DNA of 11,552 nucleotides from a virus: UHGV virus genome UHGV-0140649; one strand, 5' to 3'. Shown piece by piece: positions 1 to 7,885 of this stretch (position 1 is its first letter; each line of letters starts with the position of its first letter). The notes under the pieces were generated by a model. It saw only the letters and a program-made list of their open reading frames with translations, ran no database searches and was not told where the DNA came from. The position numbers and the translations under genes were made by a program.

Positions 1-743
1 CCCTGCATCCAGATCACCGACAACAGCACGTTTTTCGGATTTTTCTTCAGGGCTGCACGCGTTCTGCTGACCAGGTCACGATACAACGGTTTATCCACCC
101 CCCACAGGGAAGAGCCCGCTGTCGCACCCGACGCCTCATTAAACGCGCCCTCTGCTCCCGCAGTAAATCCCGAATCGCCACGTCCACACGAGACAAGAAG
201 GATCCCCGCACGGGCAGGCATAAACGGCAGCAGTTTTTTGGCCACATGCAGGGCATGCCCCACACAGCCATACTGCCCTTTATTGAGGTCTGCTTTCGGG
301 TGATTCAGATTACTCACGTCCTGCACATCATGCAGACAATGGTCTGCAGGAATAATGTCGTTATATGCACAGGCCGCACCGCCCGGTGTCACCGTGCTGC
401 GACGCGCCAGTTGCTTAATACGCGGGTCAGGACGATCATACGTATCCGGCAGCGGCAGCCCCTCGCCAAAAGACATCGAGTTGGACTGCCCGGCCAGCGC
501 AATGACAAAGTAATATTCCGGTTCGCTGGTGGTGCTGATAACAGCGCCACCATCACCCGACGGTTGCACCACCACCGGTGTGGTGACATCACCTTCCGCC
601 GCAATGGCCTGCATCAGGGTATAGGGCGTGATGGCCACCGGACTGCCAAATGGCTGCCACCCCTCCTTCAGTTTTTGAGTCAGTCGCTCCGCAAGGTCTG
701 ACGGCGACGCCGCCCTGACCACGTCATAGTGTTTAAATGCCAT
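1..743 (-). CDS. Prophage sialate O-acetylesterase-like protein (NanS-p-like), N-terminal 247 codons only; the C-terminus lies beyond the window start
   Basis: ATG at 743-741 (minus) preceded by GGAGG. The frame is open to position 3 (checked by hand for 1-300; it is absent from the ORF track because it has no stop in the window). Translation begins MAFKHYDVVRAASPSDLAERLTQKLKEGWQPFG and contains the SGNH/SASA block LAGQSNSMSFGEG. Position directly downstream of Q matches prophage nanS-p paralogs. Confidence 0.7.
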   Translation of the reverse strand, partial: MAFKHYDVVRAASPSDLAERLTQKLKEGWQPFGSPVAITPYTLMQAIAAEGDVTTPVVVQPSGDGGAVISTTSEPEYYFVIALAGQSNSMSFGEGLPLPDTYDRPDPRIKQLARRSTVTPGGAACAYNDIIPADHCLHDVQDVSNLNHPKADLNKGQYGCVGHALHVAKKLLPFMPARAGILLVSCGRGDSGFTAGAEGAFNEASGATAGSSLWGVDKPLYRDLVSRTRAALKKNPKNVLLSVIWMQ

Positions 744-937
744 GAATCCTCCCGGTCGGGATAATGTTGTGAGTCAGATGAGGGAACGGGCTGAAGTCCG
801 GAAGTTACAGGACAATGGCAGGAGGAAGACTACAGCCCGCAATACGAAAAAGGCCGCGCTATTGCGCAGAGTGATTACTGTCGGATATTATTCGCCAGCT
901 GAAATATTACTTCACGTTTTGTTGTTTATTCCTTGCC

Positions 938-966
938 GCCCGCGTCTCCCAGCGCGGGCTTTTTTT
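938..966 (+). terminator. Intrinsic terminator on the plus strand: 7-bp GC stem (gcccgcg/cgcgggc), 8-nt loop, then a run of 7 T
   Basis: Inverted repeat 938-944/953-959 followed by ttttttt at 960-966. Confidence 0.5.
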
Positions 967-970
967 GTCC

Positions 971-997
971 ATAAGAAAGCCCCTCCGGAGAGGGGCT
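971..997 (-). terminator. Intrinsic terminator on the minus strand: 8-bp stem (agcccctc/gaggggct), loop cgga, U-rich tail; forms a back-to-back pair with the 938-966 terminator
   Basis: Perfect inverted repeat 978-985/990-997; the minus-strand transcript continues UUCUUAU. Confidence 0.4.
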
Positions 998-1431
998 GGA
1001 GAGTGGCGCTATGTGCCATTGCATGGTGCCGGGTGCCTCCCGGTGAGTTCAGTATCAGCACCTGAACCCGCACAGAAAGGATAAGGGTCGGTGACAAAAC
1101 ACCAGTTGCTGATTGCCCCTCCGCACAGGGGGATTCACCATGCCAGTTTCTTTTAACAAACTCCCCGCAAACCAGACAACAGTCAACCGCCTGAATTGTG
1201 AGGTATTTAAAAATTTCAACGGGTAACTGATACCCTGCTAATCGCCTGATGATGGATTGTAATCAACAACAGAAAGCACCATTTCTGGCGTTAATTTTAT
1301 TTCTTTCATCGCTTTACCTTAGGGATAGAGCCTGTTCGCGTAGATATGACAGCCAAGAGCGGAGCGATGTTTCCACCACCATATCTCAGGCCCATATCAC
1401 TAAGACTCTTGTTTTGATTGCACGCGAATGC

Positions 1432-1454
1432 AAAAAAGCCCACAGGAGGTGGGC
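1432..1454 (-). terminator. tR'-like intrinsic terminator for the short late-promoter transcript
   Basis: Stem gcccac/gtgggc (1438-1443/1449-1454), loop aggag, followed on the minus strand by six U (1432-1437). Lies about 40-60 nt downstream of the putative late promoter. Confidence 0.6.
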
Positions 1455-1496
1455 TTGTGATGGTTGCTGAATGCAAAAGCAGCAGCATATGTGAAT

Positions 1497-1526
1497 ATTA
1501 TGGCTAAATGGCTAATTGCATGTCAA
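1497..1526 (-). promoter_or_regulatory. Putative late promoter PR' (Q-utilisation region) overlapping the 3' end of Q
   Basis: Minus strand reads TTGACA (1526-1521), 18-nt spacer, CATAAT (1502-1497). Near-consensus sigma-70 promoter placed as PR' is in lambdoid phages, immediately upstream of the 1432-1454 terminator. Confidence 0.5.
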
Positions 1527-2022
1527 GGCTTTTAACAGCAACATGCTTAACTTTCTCAACACGTTTACGCATTTTGAAAGCATTTTGCATTGGTTGGTAC
1601 AAAACAAATAATGACGCTTTCAGGATATCGTCAATTTCGTTTCTACAGGTTGCCAGTGAAGGTTTTCTCCATCCCTCGCCACCGCGTCCACACATCTTGC
1701 GTGGCTTTGCAGTCTCGTGATAGTAGGATGCAATTGCTCTCTTAGATGAACCATGAGCGTAGTAGCTGAGGAGGATGCCAAAGGCTTTCTTGTCAATGTA
1801 CATGACGGAATCGACGACCTGAGAAATCAACATTCCATCATCATCATTACACATTGGTCTTGTCATAACTCTTCCCGGCTCTACGCTCTCCATGAACTTC
1901 GCTATTACGCTGCTCATGCGCTTTTCCAGACGACCTGAATAAACCCATGCGCCCCACAGTTCAAGCCAGCCATTCAGCCAATCGTGCTGTTCTTTGGTGA
2001 GGTTTAGTTCTCTTATGCCCAT
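1504..2022 (-). CDS. Q: Late-gene antitermination protein Q
   Basis: 172 aa. Motifs LELWGAWV, RPMCNDDDGMLIS and LLSYYAHG match the Q antiterminator family as recalled from Stx-phage and phage 82 type Q. Sits between ninG and the late promoter/terminator. Confidence 0.8.
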   Translation of the reverse strand: MGIRELNLTKEQHDWLNGWLELWGAWVYSGRLEKRMSSVIAKFMESVEPGRVMTRPMCNDDDGMLISQVVDSVMYIDKKAFGILLSYYAHGSSKRAIASYYHETAKPRKMCGRGGEGWRKPSLATCRNEIDDILKASLFVLYQPMQNAFKMRKRVEKVKHVAVKSLDMQLAI

Positions 2023-2065
2023 GCGACTTCTCCCTTGTTATCTGGAATGGTTTTTACTGAGAGCG

Positions 2066-2671
2066 TCATGCGGCCTCACTTCTGCTGTTTCGCAGGTCTT
2101 TGAGTTTCTGTTGGTACTCTGCCTTGATGGCCCTGCACTCTTCGACAGTCCAGCGATGGCGGTTATGGTTTGATTCGATTTCATCTACTGCTTCCTGCCC
2201 GATGCGGCTAATCAGTTCGACGCGATACGGAACGAGATTTCCGCTTTTGTGCTGGTTGCACACCACGCATTGCTTGTGAATATTGCGTTCATCAAATCGG
2301 AGTTGAGGTGCCGCAGCAGTTGTCCGGTAATGTCCGGCATCCCACTGAGCAGACGTGAGCGTTCCGCACGAGATACATGGTAAGTCGCGGTCTCTTTCTC
2401 TGATGAAGGCGTTTACGGCTTGTTGGGCTTGTTTAATCCAGTAACTGCGGGGCTTTAAGGCGAGTTTTCGAATCTTCAGTTTATCTTTCTGTTTCTGCTC
2501 CTCTCGTCGTCGTTTCTTCTCTGCTGCTTTTTCCGCTTTTTCGCGTTCTTTACTTCGTCGTTCGAGTGCTAATTGAGTTCCGTGTTCCGGGCAGCACCAC
2601 CACTGATTTGAGAATGCCGGGTGAAACCATTCCTTGCATATTTTGCATTTCCTTCGCGCTGGTTTAGCCAT
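2066..2671 (-). CDS. ninG: NinG/Rap recombination-associated protein
   Basis: 201 aa, near-identical over most of its length to lambda NinG as recalled (MAKPARR..., [72 protein letters not shown]-terminal [10 protein letters not shown]). Its start overlaps the stop of the upstream gene (TAATG). Confidence 0.9.
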   Translation of the reverse strand: MAKPARRKCKICKEWFHPAFSNQWWCCPEHGTQLALERRSKEREKAEKAAEKKRRREEQKQKDKLKIRKLALKPRSYWIKQAQQAVNAFIRERDRDLPCISCGTLTSAQWDAGHYRTTAAAPQLRFDERNIHKQCVVCNQHKSGNLVPYRVELISRIGQEAVDEIESNHNRHRWTVEECRAIKAEYQQKLKDLRNSRSEAA

Positions 2672-3393
2672 TAAGCAGCCTCCCCTGTTACTTTCAGCAT
2701 TCCGTTATCGAGCAGCTTTCTGGTCAGCCACTGTTGACCACGTCCGGTGATTTTTGTGGTGAACGATATCTGTATTCCGTGATTTGTGTTGACCGCTGTT
2801 TCTTTCACTGTGAAATAGCCGCGCTCCATATATTCCTGCATTGGCACATTTCGCCGGGAACCTGAAGCGATAAGGATTTTGTGATCGCGCATCCACGCAA
2901 ACAGTTTGTTTGGACCAATTCCAACAACCTTTGCATAGTTTCCAATCAAAATTCCGCTGGCCTCGCCAACGCGATCGGCAAACTCAACTTTAGGTGCTGC
3001 GAGAGCAAGCTGTTTCTCCAGTTCAGCCTTCTGGTCTTCAAGGTCGGCCGCAAGGCGCAATGCCTCAGAAAAGGTTTGTGGTATTTTCGCGGTTGCCCCT
3101 TCGAGTTCTCGCCAACGGTCAACAAGACGAGCGGTGAATTCCGGCGACAACTGAGCGACGACAATAATGCTGTCTCGCTTACCTTGTTCGCCTTCGAAGA
3201 CGTAATGCTCGTACTGAACATTGAACCCTAAGTTATTGATTCTTTCGGAAACCTCAATTTGAGGAAGCCGGATAACTCCACTTTTAACCAGCGTTTCGAT
3301 GGTTCGTTTCACATTGTCATGACGCTTACCTGTAAGCTCAGCGATTTCAATGCTAGTCATTTTGATGACGTTGCTATTTATCAGCTCGTTCAT
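2671..3393 (-). CDS. Phage antirepressor / regulatory protein with Rha-like N-terminal and KilAC (ANT) C-terminal domains (Roi-like)
   Basis: N-terminus [27 protein letters not shown] is Rha-like; C-terminus [38 protein letters not shown] is KilAC-like. Start chosen at the second ATG (3393), which has GAGAGGA 7 nt upstream; the first ATG (3399) is too close to the RBS. Confidence 0.75.
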   Translation of the reverse strand: MNELINSNVIKMTSIEIAELTGKRHDNVKRTIETLVKSGVIRLPQIEVSERINNLGFNVQYEHYVFEGEQGKRDSIIVVAQLSPEFTARLVDRWRELEGATAKIPQTFSEALRLAADLEDQKAELEKQLALAAPKVEFADRVGEASGILIGNYAKVVGIGPNKLFAWMRDHKILIASGSRRNVPMQEYMERGYFTVKETAVNTNHGIQISFTTKITGRGQQWLTRKLLDNGMLKVTGEAA

Positions 3394-3426
3394 TGTCATG
3401 TCCTCTCATATTGAAAATTCACCAAT

Positions 3427-3453
3427 AAAAAACCCAGCCGAAGCTGGGTTTGT
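3427..3453 (-). terminator. Intrinsic terminator between the inserted gene and the antirepressor gene
   Basis: Stem cccagc/gctggg (3433-3438/3443-3448), loop cgaa; the minus-strand transcript ends in six U (3427-3432). Confidence 0.6.
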
Positions 3454-3515
3454 TAAGTTGTCAATGGTCAGTAGTAATGCAGTGAAGGAGGTAAACTTAC
3501 GCTGAAGGATTTGTA

Positions 3516-3538
3516 CAAAAAAACCACCTGAAGGTGGG
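3516..3538 (-). terminator. Intrinsic terminator immediately downstream of the 337-aa inserted gene
   Basis: Stem ccacc/ggtgg (3523-3527/3532-3536), loop tgaa; the minus-strand transcript is followed by seven U (3516-3522). Confidence 0.6.
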
Positions 3539-3544
3539 TTACTG

Positions 3545-4558
3545 TTACTTGTCTGAATCATCCAGTTCGTCTGTTTTCACATCCTCAAACCTTGGATGCA
3601 GGCGATTCATTTTTGCAATAAAATCTGAATAGTCGTTAGATAGCTTCATAATCGTAACGGTTGATGACAGATGCTCTCTTAATTTTTGATATCCAATATT
3701 TGGCGTCAGCCCCTGAAACAACTTTGTACCTTTTGAGGCCTTTACGTTCTGCTTTTTAAGCTCCTCAAGGATGTTTGGTGCCAATCTCTTGTAGACGATA
3801 TCATTTGTCAAAACGCCAAAATACTGAGGCCGGAAGCGGGGATTTTCCGGCGGGTATTCTAAGCCCCTTAACCTGAAAAGCTCTTCATAATAATCAGCAG
3901 GAAATGTTGTAATATAAGGTTGAATTTCCTTTGCGACAAAGGCCTCGAGTATTTTGGCGAGCGCATCTTTTTCTCTATCTCGCTGGTACCCCGTCGCTTC
4001 ATCAACAAGCGCTATTATTCCGACTTTAGCTAATGAGCGCACCAGAATTTCAGCTTTCTTGGCTGTCTCTAACTGGTTTGGCCTGGTGATAGCGCCTGCC
4101 TCTCTTGCCTTTAAATAAACATCGCAGACAAGAGGTATTATGGATGCGTCATAACCTTCCTGGACGGAGCCAGTAATCGTCTTGTATTTGACCTTATTGA
4201 TCACACCCATAACATCTTGATTTATATATTTTTTAAGGTTTGCAGCATCCATAAAAGCGGGCATATTGATCACCCCCTCTTCTTGAGGTGCTCTACCCCC
4301 TCTTTGTGGTCGGCCAAATGCTTTAAAAACAGAAGCTTGTGATATGATACGCCGTCCATTTTCGAGAACCGCGACATCTAATTCCGCATCACCGATCTTT
4401 AACTTTCCCTCATTCGCAGATACGGGCAATAAAGCTTTTTCTTTTTTTGCGGCAACAGCCTTTCTTGAGGATTCTTTTCTTTGCTCTGCTGTCATTTTTG
4501 CCGCGCGTGCCTTACCGCCTTTGGCCTTCCCACTAACATCATCATTTTTCATGAGCAT
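3545..4558 (-). CDS. Hypothetical protein, about 337 aa; AT-rich inserted gene (moron) in the nin region with a lysine/alanine-rich basic N-terminal tail
   Basis: Long ORF, visibly more AT-rich than its neighbours, flanked by its own promoter (4584-4612) and two terminators. N-terminus after the promoter is MLMKNDDVSGKAKGGKARAAKMTAEQRKESSRKAVAAKKEKA. Start is ambiguous between ATG 4558 and ATG 4552; the track's 4612 start lies upstream of the promoter and is rejected. No family recognised with confidence. Confidence 0.6.
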   Translation of the reverse strand: MLMKNDDVSGKAKGGKARAAKMTAEQRKESSRKAVAAKKEKALLPVSANEGKLKIGDAELDVAVLENGRRIISQASVFKAFGRPQRGGRAPQEEGVINMPAFMDAANLKKYINQDVMGVINKVKYKTITGSVQEGYDASIIPLVCDVYLKAREAGAITRPNQLETAKKAEILVRSLAKVGIIALVDEATGYQRDREKDALAKILEAFVAKEIQPYITTFPADYYEELFRLRGLEYPPENPRFRPQYFGVLTNDIVYKRLAPNILEELKKQNVKASKGTKLFQGLTPNIGYQKLREHLSSTVTIMKLSNDYSDFIAKMNRLHPRFEDVKTDELDDSDK

Positions 4559-4583
4559 ATCTCGTGTTGTGATTGATAAGTCA

Positions 4584-4612
4584 ATTATACACATGCACGT
4601 TGTAACGTGCAA
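4584..4612 (-). promoter_or_regulatory. Sigma-70-type promoter for the inserted gene, with a perfect palindromic operator in the spacer
   Basis: Minus strand reads TTGCAC (4612-4607), 17-nt spacer, TATAAT (4589-4584). The inverted repeat TGCACGTT-GT-AACGTGCA (4594-4611) fills the spacer, and a further ATGCACGT copy lies at 4622-4629. Confidence 0.5.
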
Positions 4613-4775
4613 TATTTAAATATGCACGTAAATTGCGAATCAGATAATGAGGAGACTTTCTCCCCCTTGCACTGACATCATGGTATTCTGCTCAAAACTA
4701 AATTTCTGGAGCGTTTCGTTGGAAGGTATTTGCAGTTTTCGCAGATGATGTCGGTGATGCTTCTTTGCTGTCGCC

Positions 4776-5216
4776 TCATGCCGCCCTGTCTCCCCATCTC
4801 GCTTTCCATTCCAGAGCCAGTCTCGCTTCGTCTGACCACTTAACGCCACGCTCTGTACCGAATGCCTGTATAAGCTCTAATAGCTCCGCAAATTCGCTTA
4901 CACGCATCCTGCTGGTTGACTGGCCTATTACCACAAAGCCATTCCCGGCAAGGTTAGGAACAACATCCTGCTGCTTTAATGCTGCGGTAAACACACACTT
5001 CCAGCTTTCTGCATCCAGCCAGCGACCATGCCATTCAACCTGACGAGAGACGTCACCTAAGCAGGCCCATAGCTTCCTGTTTTGGTCTAAGCTGCGGTTG
5101 CGTTCCTGAATGGTTACTACGATTGGTTTGGTTGGGTCTGGAAGAATTTGCTGGATAGCTTGAATGGCGTTCTGCTGATGGATGGGGCTTCTTAGTTCAA
5201 ATGTTAGTTTCCTCAT
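4776..5216 (-). CDS. ninB: NinB (Orf-family recombination mediator)
   Basis: 146 aa from the internal ATG ([11 protein letters not shown]...), near-identical to lambda NinB as recalled ([85 protein letters not shown]...). The track's longer 173-aa form has an unsupported N-terminal extension. Confidence 0.9.
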   Translation of the reverse strand: MRKLTFELRSPIHQQNAIQAIQQILPDPTKPIVVTIQERNRSLDQNRKLWACLGDVSRQVEWHGRWLDAESWKCVFTAALKQQDVVPNLAGNGFVVIGQSTSRMRVSEFAELLELIQAFGTERGVKWSDEARLALEWKARWGDRAA

Positions 5217-5385
5217 CACCCTTAATCCTCTCGAAGTTCTTCTCGAAGTTTTTGGTGTCGAACACTGACCACCGACCATTATGAATGGCGTATGCACAGG
5301 TCTTGTTTTCGTCCTGATAAACTACCCTTACCTTGCGATAAAACCGTGGCTTAATCTCTCTGAATATTTGCTCGCTCATGCTCAC
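5197..5385 (-). CDS. Hypothetical small protein (62 aa) in the ren position
   Basis: ORF with AAGGAG 5 nt upstream of its ATG; overlaps the ninB start by 20 nt on the same strand. No family recognised. Confidence 0.45.
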   Translation of the reverse strand: MSMSEQIFREIKPRFYRKVRVVYQDENKTCAYAIHNGRWSVFDTKNFEKNFERIKGDEETNI

Positions 5386-5389
5386 TCCT

Positions 5390-5605
5390 TCACTTTAAAT
5401 CCAGACTCCGGATAATTCTGTTGCGCTGAAACTCATTGTTGAGTTTGAACAACCGACGAAGAACACGGTCACGCGGATAGCGTCGTGCGGCAGGTGAATG
5501 CTCATACAACTCATCAAGCGGCAAACTGGACGATGAACGATACCGATACCAACGCGCCAACTCTTCACGAAAATTAGCCCTGACAAGCTCAGCTATCGTA
5601 CTCAT
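5390..5605 (-). CDS. Hypothetical small protein (71 aa), first gene after the tR2-like terminator
   Basis: ORF with GGAGG 6 nt upstream of its ATG, tightly packed against the next ORF. No family recognised. Confidence 0.45.
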   Translation of the reverse strand: MSTIAELVRANFREELARWYRYRSSSSLPLDELYEHSPAARRYPRDRVLRRLFKLNNEFQRNRIIRSLDLK

Positions 5606-5632
5606 TTCTTAAATCCTCCAATTACTCTCCAC

Positions 5633-5665
5633 CAAATAAAAAGGCCTGCGATTACCAGCAGGCCT
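5633..5665 (-). terminator. tR2-like intrinsic terminator between the replication genes and the nin region
   Basis: 8-bp stem aggcctgc/gcaggcct (5642-5649/5658-5665), 8-nt loop; the minus-strand transcript is followed by UUUUUAUUU. Confidence 0.65.
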
Positions 5666-5690
5666 GTTACAAGCTCAGTGATGTAGATGG

Positions 5691-7067
5691 TCATACGTCA
5701 GCCCCTTGTGCATATCGTCTGCCACGAGCAGCAGGTGCATTTGATGCTGTGCAAATCTGTCTGGCTTCATCCTGGTCACATGCAACAAAGTGTCCGTTGC
5801 AGAACCGCTGGTAAACCGTACCAAGTGAGCCAAAACGGTTTTTCGTCACGATGATTTCAGCAAATGGCGCGGCGCTACTGTTCTCGTCATATACCGCTTC
5901 CCGATAGAGCATGATGATTGAGTCTGCGTCCTGTTCAATGCTTCCTGAATCACGCAAATCTGCGTTTGTCGGGCGTTTGTTTGGTCGCTTCTCAACATCG
6001 CGCGAAAGTTGACTTAGGGAGATAACAGGCGTTTTCAGGTCTTTCGCCATCGCCTTCAGGCTTCCTGAGATGTGAGCAATTGCGAGGTCGTTGCGGTCTG
6101 CTTTCGGCTTCTCAATCAGGCCAAGATAATCCGCCATGATGAGTGACAGGTTTGGATTTTCCTGTTTGTGCCGTTCTGCGATTGAGCGAATTTCTTCGAC
6201 CGATAACCGCGAGGCATCGACTACCCATACATCCAAATCTGCAAGCTGACTCATGCCGTTAGCAACACGTGCCCAGCCCTCGTCATCCATCGATGCAGGA
6301 TTTCGCAGTACGCTAACCGACATCCTCCCGGCGTTGGCAATGCTTCGCTCTGCAATCTGCAATGCGCTCATTTCCATTGAGAAAATCAATACCCCGCGCC
6401 GGACGTCAGAACCAGGAATAACGCGGCTTGCAACGCCTTCGGCAATCTTCAGCGCCAGTTCGGTTTTCCCCATACCAGGACGAGCAGCGATTATCACCAG
6501 GTCTTCCGCGTTCATCCCTCCGGTGATGGCATCAAGTTCTTCGATTCCGGTCTTCAGGGTATCTGACTCTTCTCCGTTCCTCAGACGCCTGTCAAGCGTG
6601 TCAGTGTAGTCGGTGATGATTTCCCCTAACCGTACAGGTTTAACCTCGTCACGGGGCTTTCTGATGGCTGAAAGACGCTTTACAAGCTCATCCATCGCCT
6701 GACTCGATGCGTCGATGGTTCCGCTCTGAATTGGTTCACGCATTTCATCCATGATTTCCAGCACCAGACGGCGGTGATAGTTATCCGCGACCATTCCGGC
6801 ATATCCCTTCAGGTTTGCGGCACTCGGGCAGTTTTTGCTGGTCATCAGGATTGACGTGAAATGCTCCTCTCCGCACGCCTCGGCGACCATCAGCGCGTCG
6901 ATTAAATTTCTGTTTCGCGCCTGCTTGCGGATAACCTCGAAGGCTTTCCGGTAGAGCGGAATTGAAAACGCTTCCGGCTCAAGCGTTGCCAGAACGTCAC
7001 TGGCAGTTGGTGTTAATCCACCAATCAGCAGGCCACCGATAACGCTCGCTTCGATATCCTGTTTCAT
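5691..7067 (-). CDS. Replicative DNA helicase, DnaB family (P22 gp12-like)
   Basis: 458 aa with Walker [16 protein letters not shown], then SMEMS and other DnaB C-terminal RecA-fold motifs and a DnaB-like N-terminal domain. Its ATG overlaps the stop of O (ATGA). Confidence 0.9.
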   Translation of the reverse strand: MKQDIEASVIGGLLIGGLTPTASDVLATLEPEAFSIPLYRKAFEVIRKQARNRNLIDALMVAEACGEEHFTSILMTSKNCPSAANLKGYAGMVADNYHRRLVLEIMDEMREPIQSGTIDASSQAMDELVKRLSAIRKPRDEVKPVRLGEIITDYTDTLDRRLRNGEESDTLKTGIEELDAITGGMNAEDLVIIAARPGMGKTELALKIAEGVASRVIPGSDVRRGVLIFSMEMSALQIAERSIANAGRMSVSVLRNPASMDDEGWARVANGMSQLADLDVWVVDASRLSVEEIRSIAERHKQENPNLSLIMADYLGLIEKPKADRNDLAIAHISGSLKAMAKDLKTPVISLSQLSRDVEKRPNKRPTNADLRDSGSIEQDADSIIMLYREAVYDENSSAAPFAEIIVTKNRFGSLGTVYQRFCNGHFVACDQDEARQICTASNAPAARGRRYAQGADV

Positions 7068-7885
7068 GCAATCCCCCTGTCTGCAAACTTCCCTTCACGA
7101 ACTCCCGTTAACGAATCTTCTCTCAGCAGGTAATCAAAATCAGCCGTCCAGCCCGTGTCGTTGTCTCCGAAGTAAAACGGCTTGGCCTGATGCACAAACG
7201 CCCTGACATACGCTCTGAAACCGTCCACGTTTGGCGTTTTCAGTTGCGGGATGATTTTCTTCAGGCGGCGTTTTCGTTTCTCGTTGACCGCAACAGCGTG
7301 TGGAAGTCTGTCACCGACTTCGGTGTTGTAGGCGTTCAGGAAGGATTCGTAGTCGATTCGTTCTGCCTTGCGACGTTCAGGTTTAACCTGCCCATCGCCG
7401 CCCCCGTTAGGGGGTAAGGGGGTATTTGTATTTATTGTCTTTTGTATATTGTCTTTTGTGTTTAGCTGACTTGGCTTATACCCATTAGCCGACTTGGCTA
7501 ATGTTTTATTAGCTGTTTTAGCTAATGTTAAGCTGTCCTGGCTAATCCACTGAGAAACCACCTTGTTCACTCCGATTTTCACGCCATCAGCAATGAGGAA
7601 TTTACGCTCAATAAGCTGGCGCTTGGCAGCGCAAACATGAGTGTGATGAATACCTGTCATGGCTGCTATCTGCGTGTTTGTGAGTCGATCCATCGGCTTA
7701 TTGAATCCGTATGTCTTGCGCATGATAGCGAGCATCACCTTCAACTGCCGGACGGTTAAATCAGCCATCAGCAGACTGTCGGTAATCTCGTTAGCAACGC
7801 GCATGAAACCATCTTCGGTATCTGCCACGCGATGCTCCACGACCTCCAGTTGAGGCCTGTAATCAGCTAACTTAACGACGCCCAT
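7064..7885 (-). CDS. O: Replication initiator protein O
   Basis: 273 aa. N-terminal region ([38 protein letters not shown]) closely matches the lambda O N-terminal DNA-binding domain as recalled. Iteron-like repeats lie inside the coding sequence, as in lambda ori. Confidence 0.85.
   Translation of the reverse strand: MGVVKLADYRPQLEVVEHRVADTEDGFMRVANEITDSLLMADLTVRQLKVMLAIMRKTYGFNKPMDRLTNTQIAAMTGIHHTHVCAAKRQLIERKFLIADGVKIGVNKVVSQWISQDSLTLAKTANKTLAKSANGYKPSQLNTKDNIQKTINTNTPLPPNGGGDGQVKPERRKAERIDYESFLNAYNTEVGDRLPHAVAVNEKRKRRLKKIIPQLKTPNVDGFRAYVRAFVHQAKPFYFGDNDTGWTADFDYLLREDSLTGVREGKFADRGIA
7434..7546. repeat. Iteron array (putative replication origin) embedded in the O gene
   Basis: Direct repeats attgtcttttgt at 7434-7445 and 7448-7459; tagctgacttggct (7463-7476) and tagccgacttggct (7486-7499); (a/g)gctaat at 7496, 7520 and 7540. 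A G-rich tract (7400-7422) precedes them. Confidence 0.55.

Noticed and set aside
246-701. Plus-strand 151-aa ORF, and minus-strand ORFs 47-271 and 389-604
   Set aside because: They lie entirely inside the esterase gene in other frames; their products are Arg/Cys-rich and low-complexity, with no RBS context. Treated as shadow ORFs.
742-1065. Plus-strand 107-aa ORF, with ORFs 912-1097 (-), 1249-1470 (+) and 1306-1488 (-), in the Q-to-esterase interval
   Set aside because: No RBS, arginine-rich or low-complexity translations, and they cross the terminator hairpins. The interval is treated as non-coding leader or cargo-site DNA.
744-1500. Possible tRNA genes, as found between Q and stx in Stx phages
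   Set aside because: I found no GGTTCGAATCC-like T-loop motif or its reverse complement, and no cloverleaf-like arrangement. Not excluded without a covariance-model scan.
3545-4612. Full-length 355-aa form of the inserted gene starting at the track's ATG 4612
   Set aside because: The first 18 codons overlap the promoter's -35/-10 elements and the palindromic operator; the ATGs at 4558 or 4552 downstream of the promoter are more plausible starts.
4640-5043. ORFs 4640-4849 (-), 4765-5043 (+), and the 173-aa N-terminally extended form of ninB
   Set aside because: They overlap ninB in alternative frames, or extend it upstream beyond the well-conserved lambda NinB start ([11 protein letters not shown]).
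5395-5586. Minus-strand 63-aa ORF overlapping the 71-aa ORF in another frame
   Set aside because: The 5390-5605 frame has the canonical GGAGG RBS and the more protein-like composition; the alternative frame is Cys/Val-rich with no RBS.
6253-6609. Plus-strand 118-aa ORF inside the helicase gene, and ORFs 7190-7417 and 7659-7853 inside O
   Set aside because: Antisense shadow ORFs within strongly supported genes; serine/arginine-rich translations.
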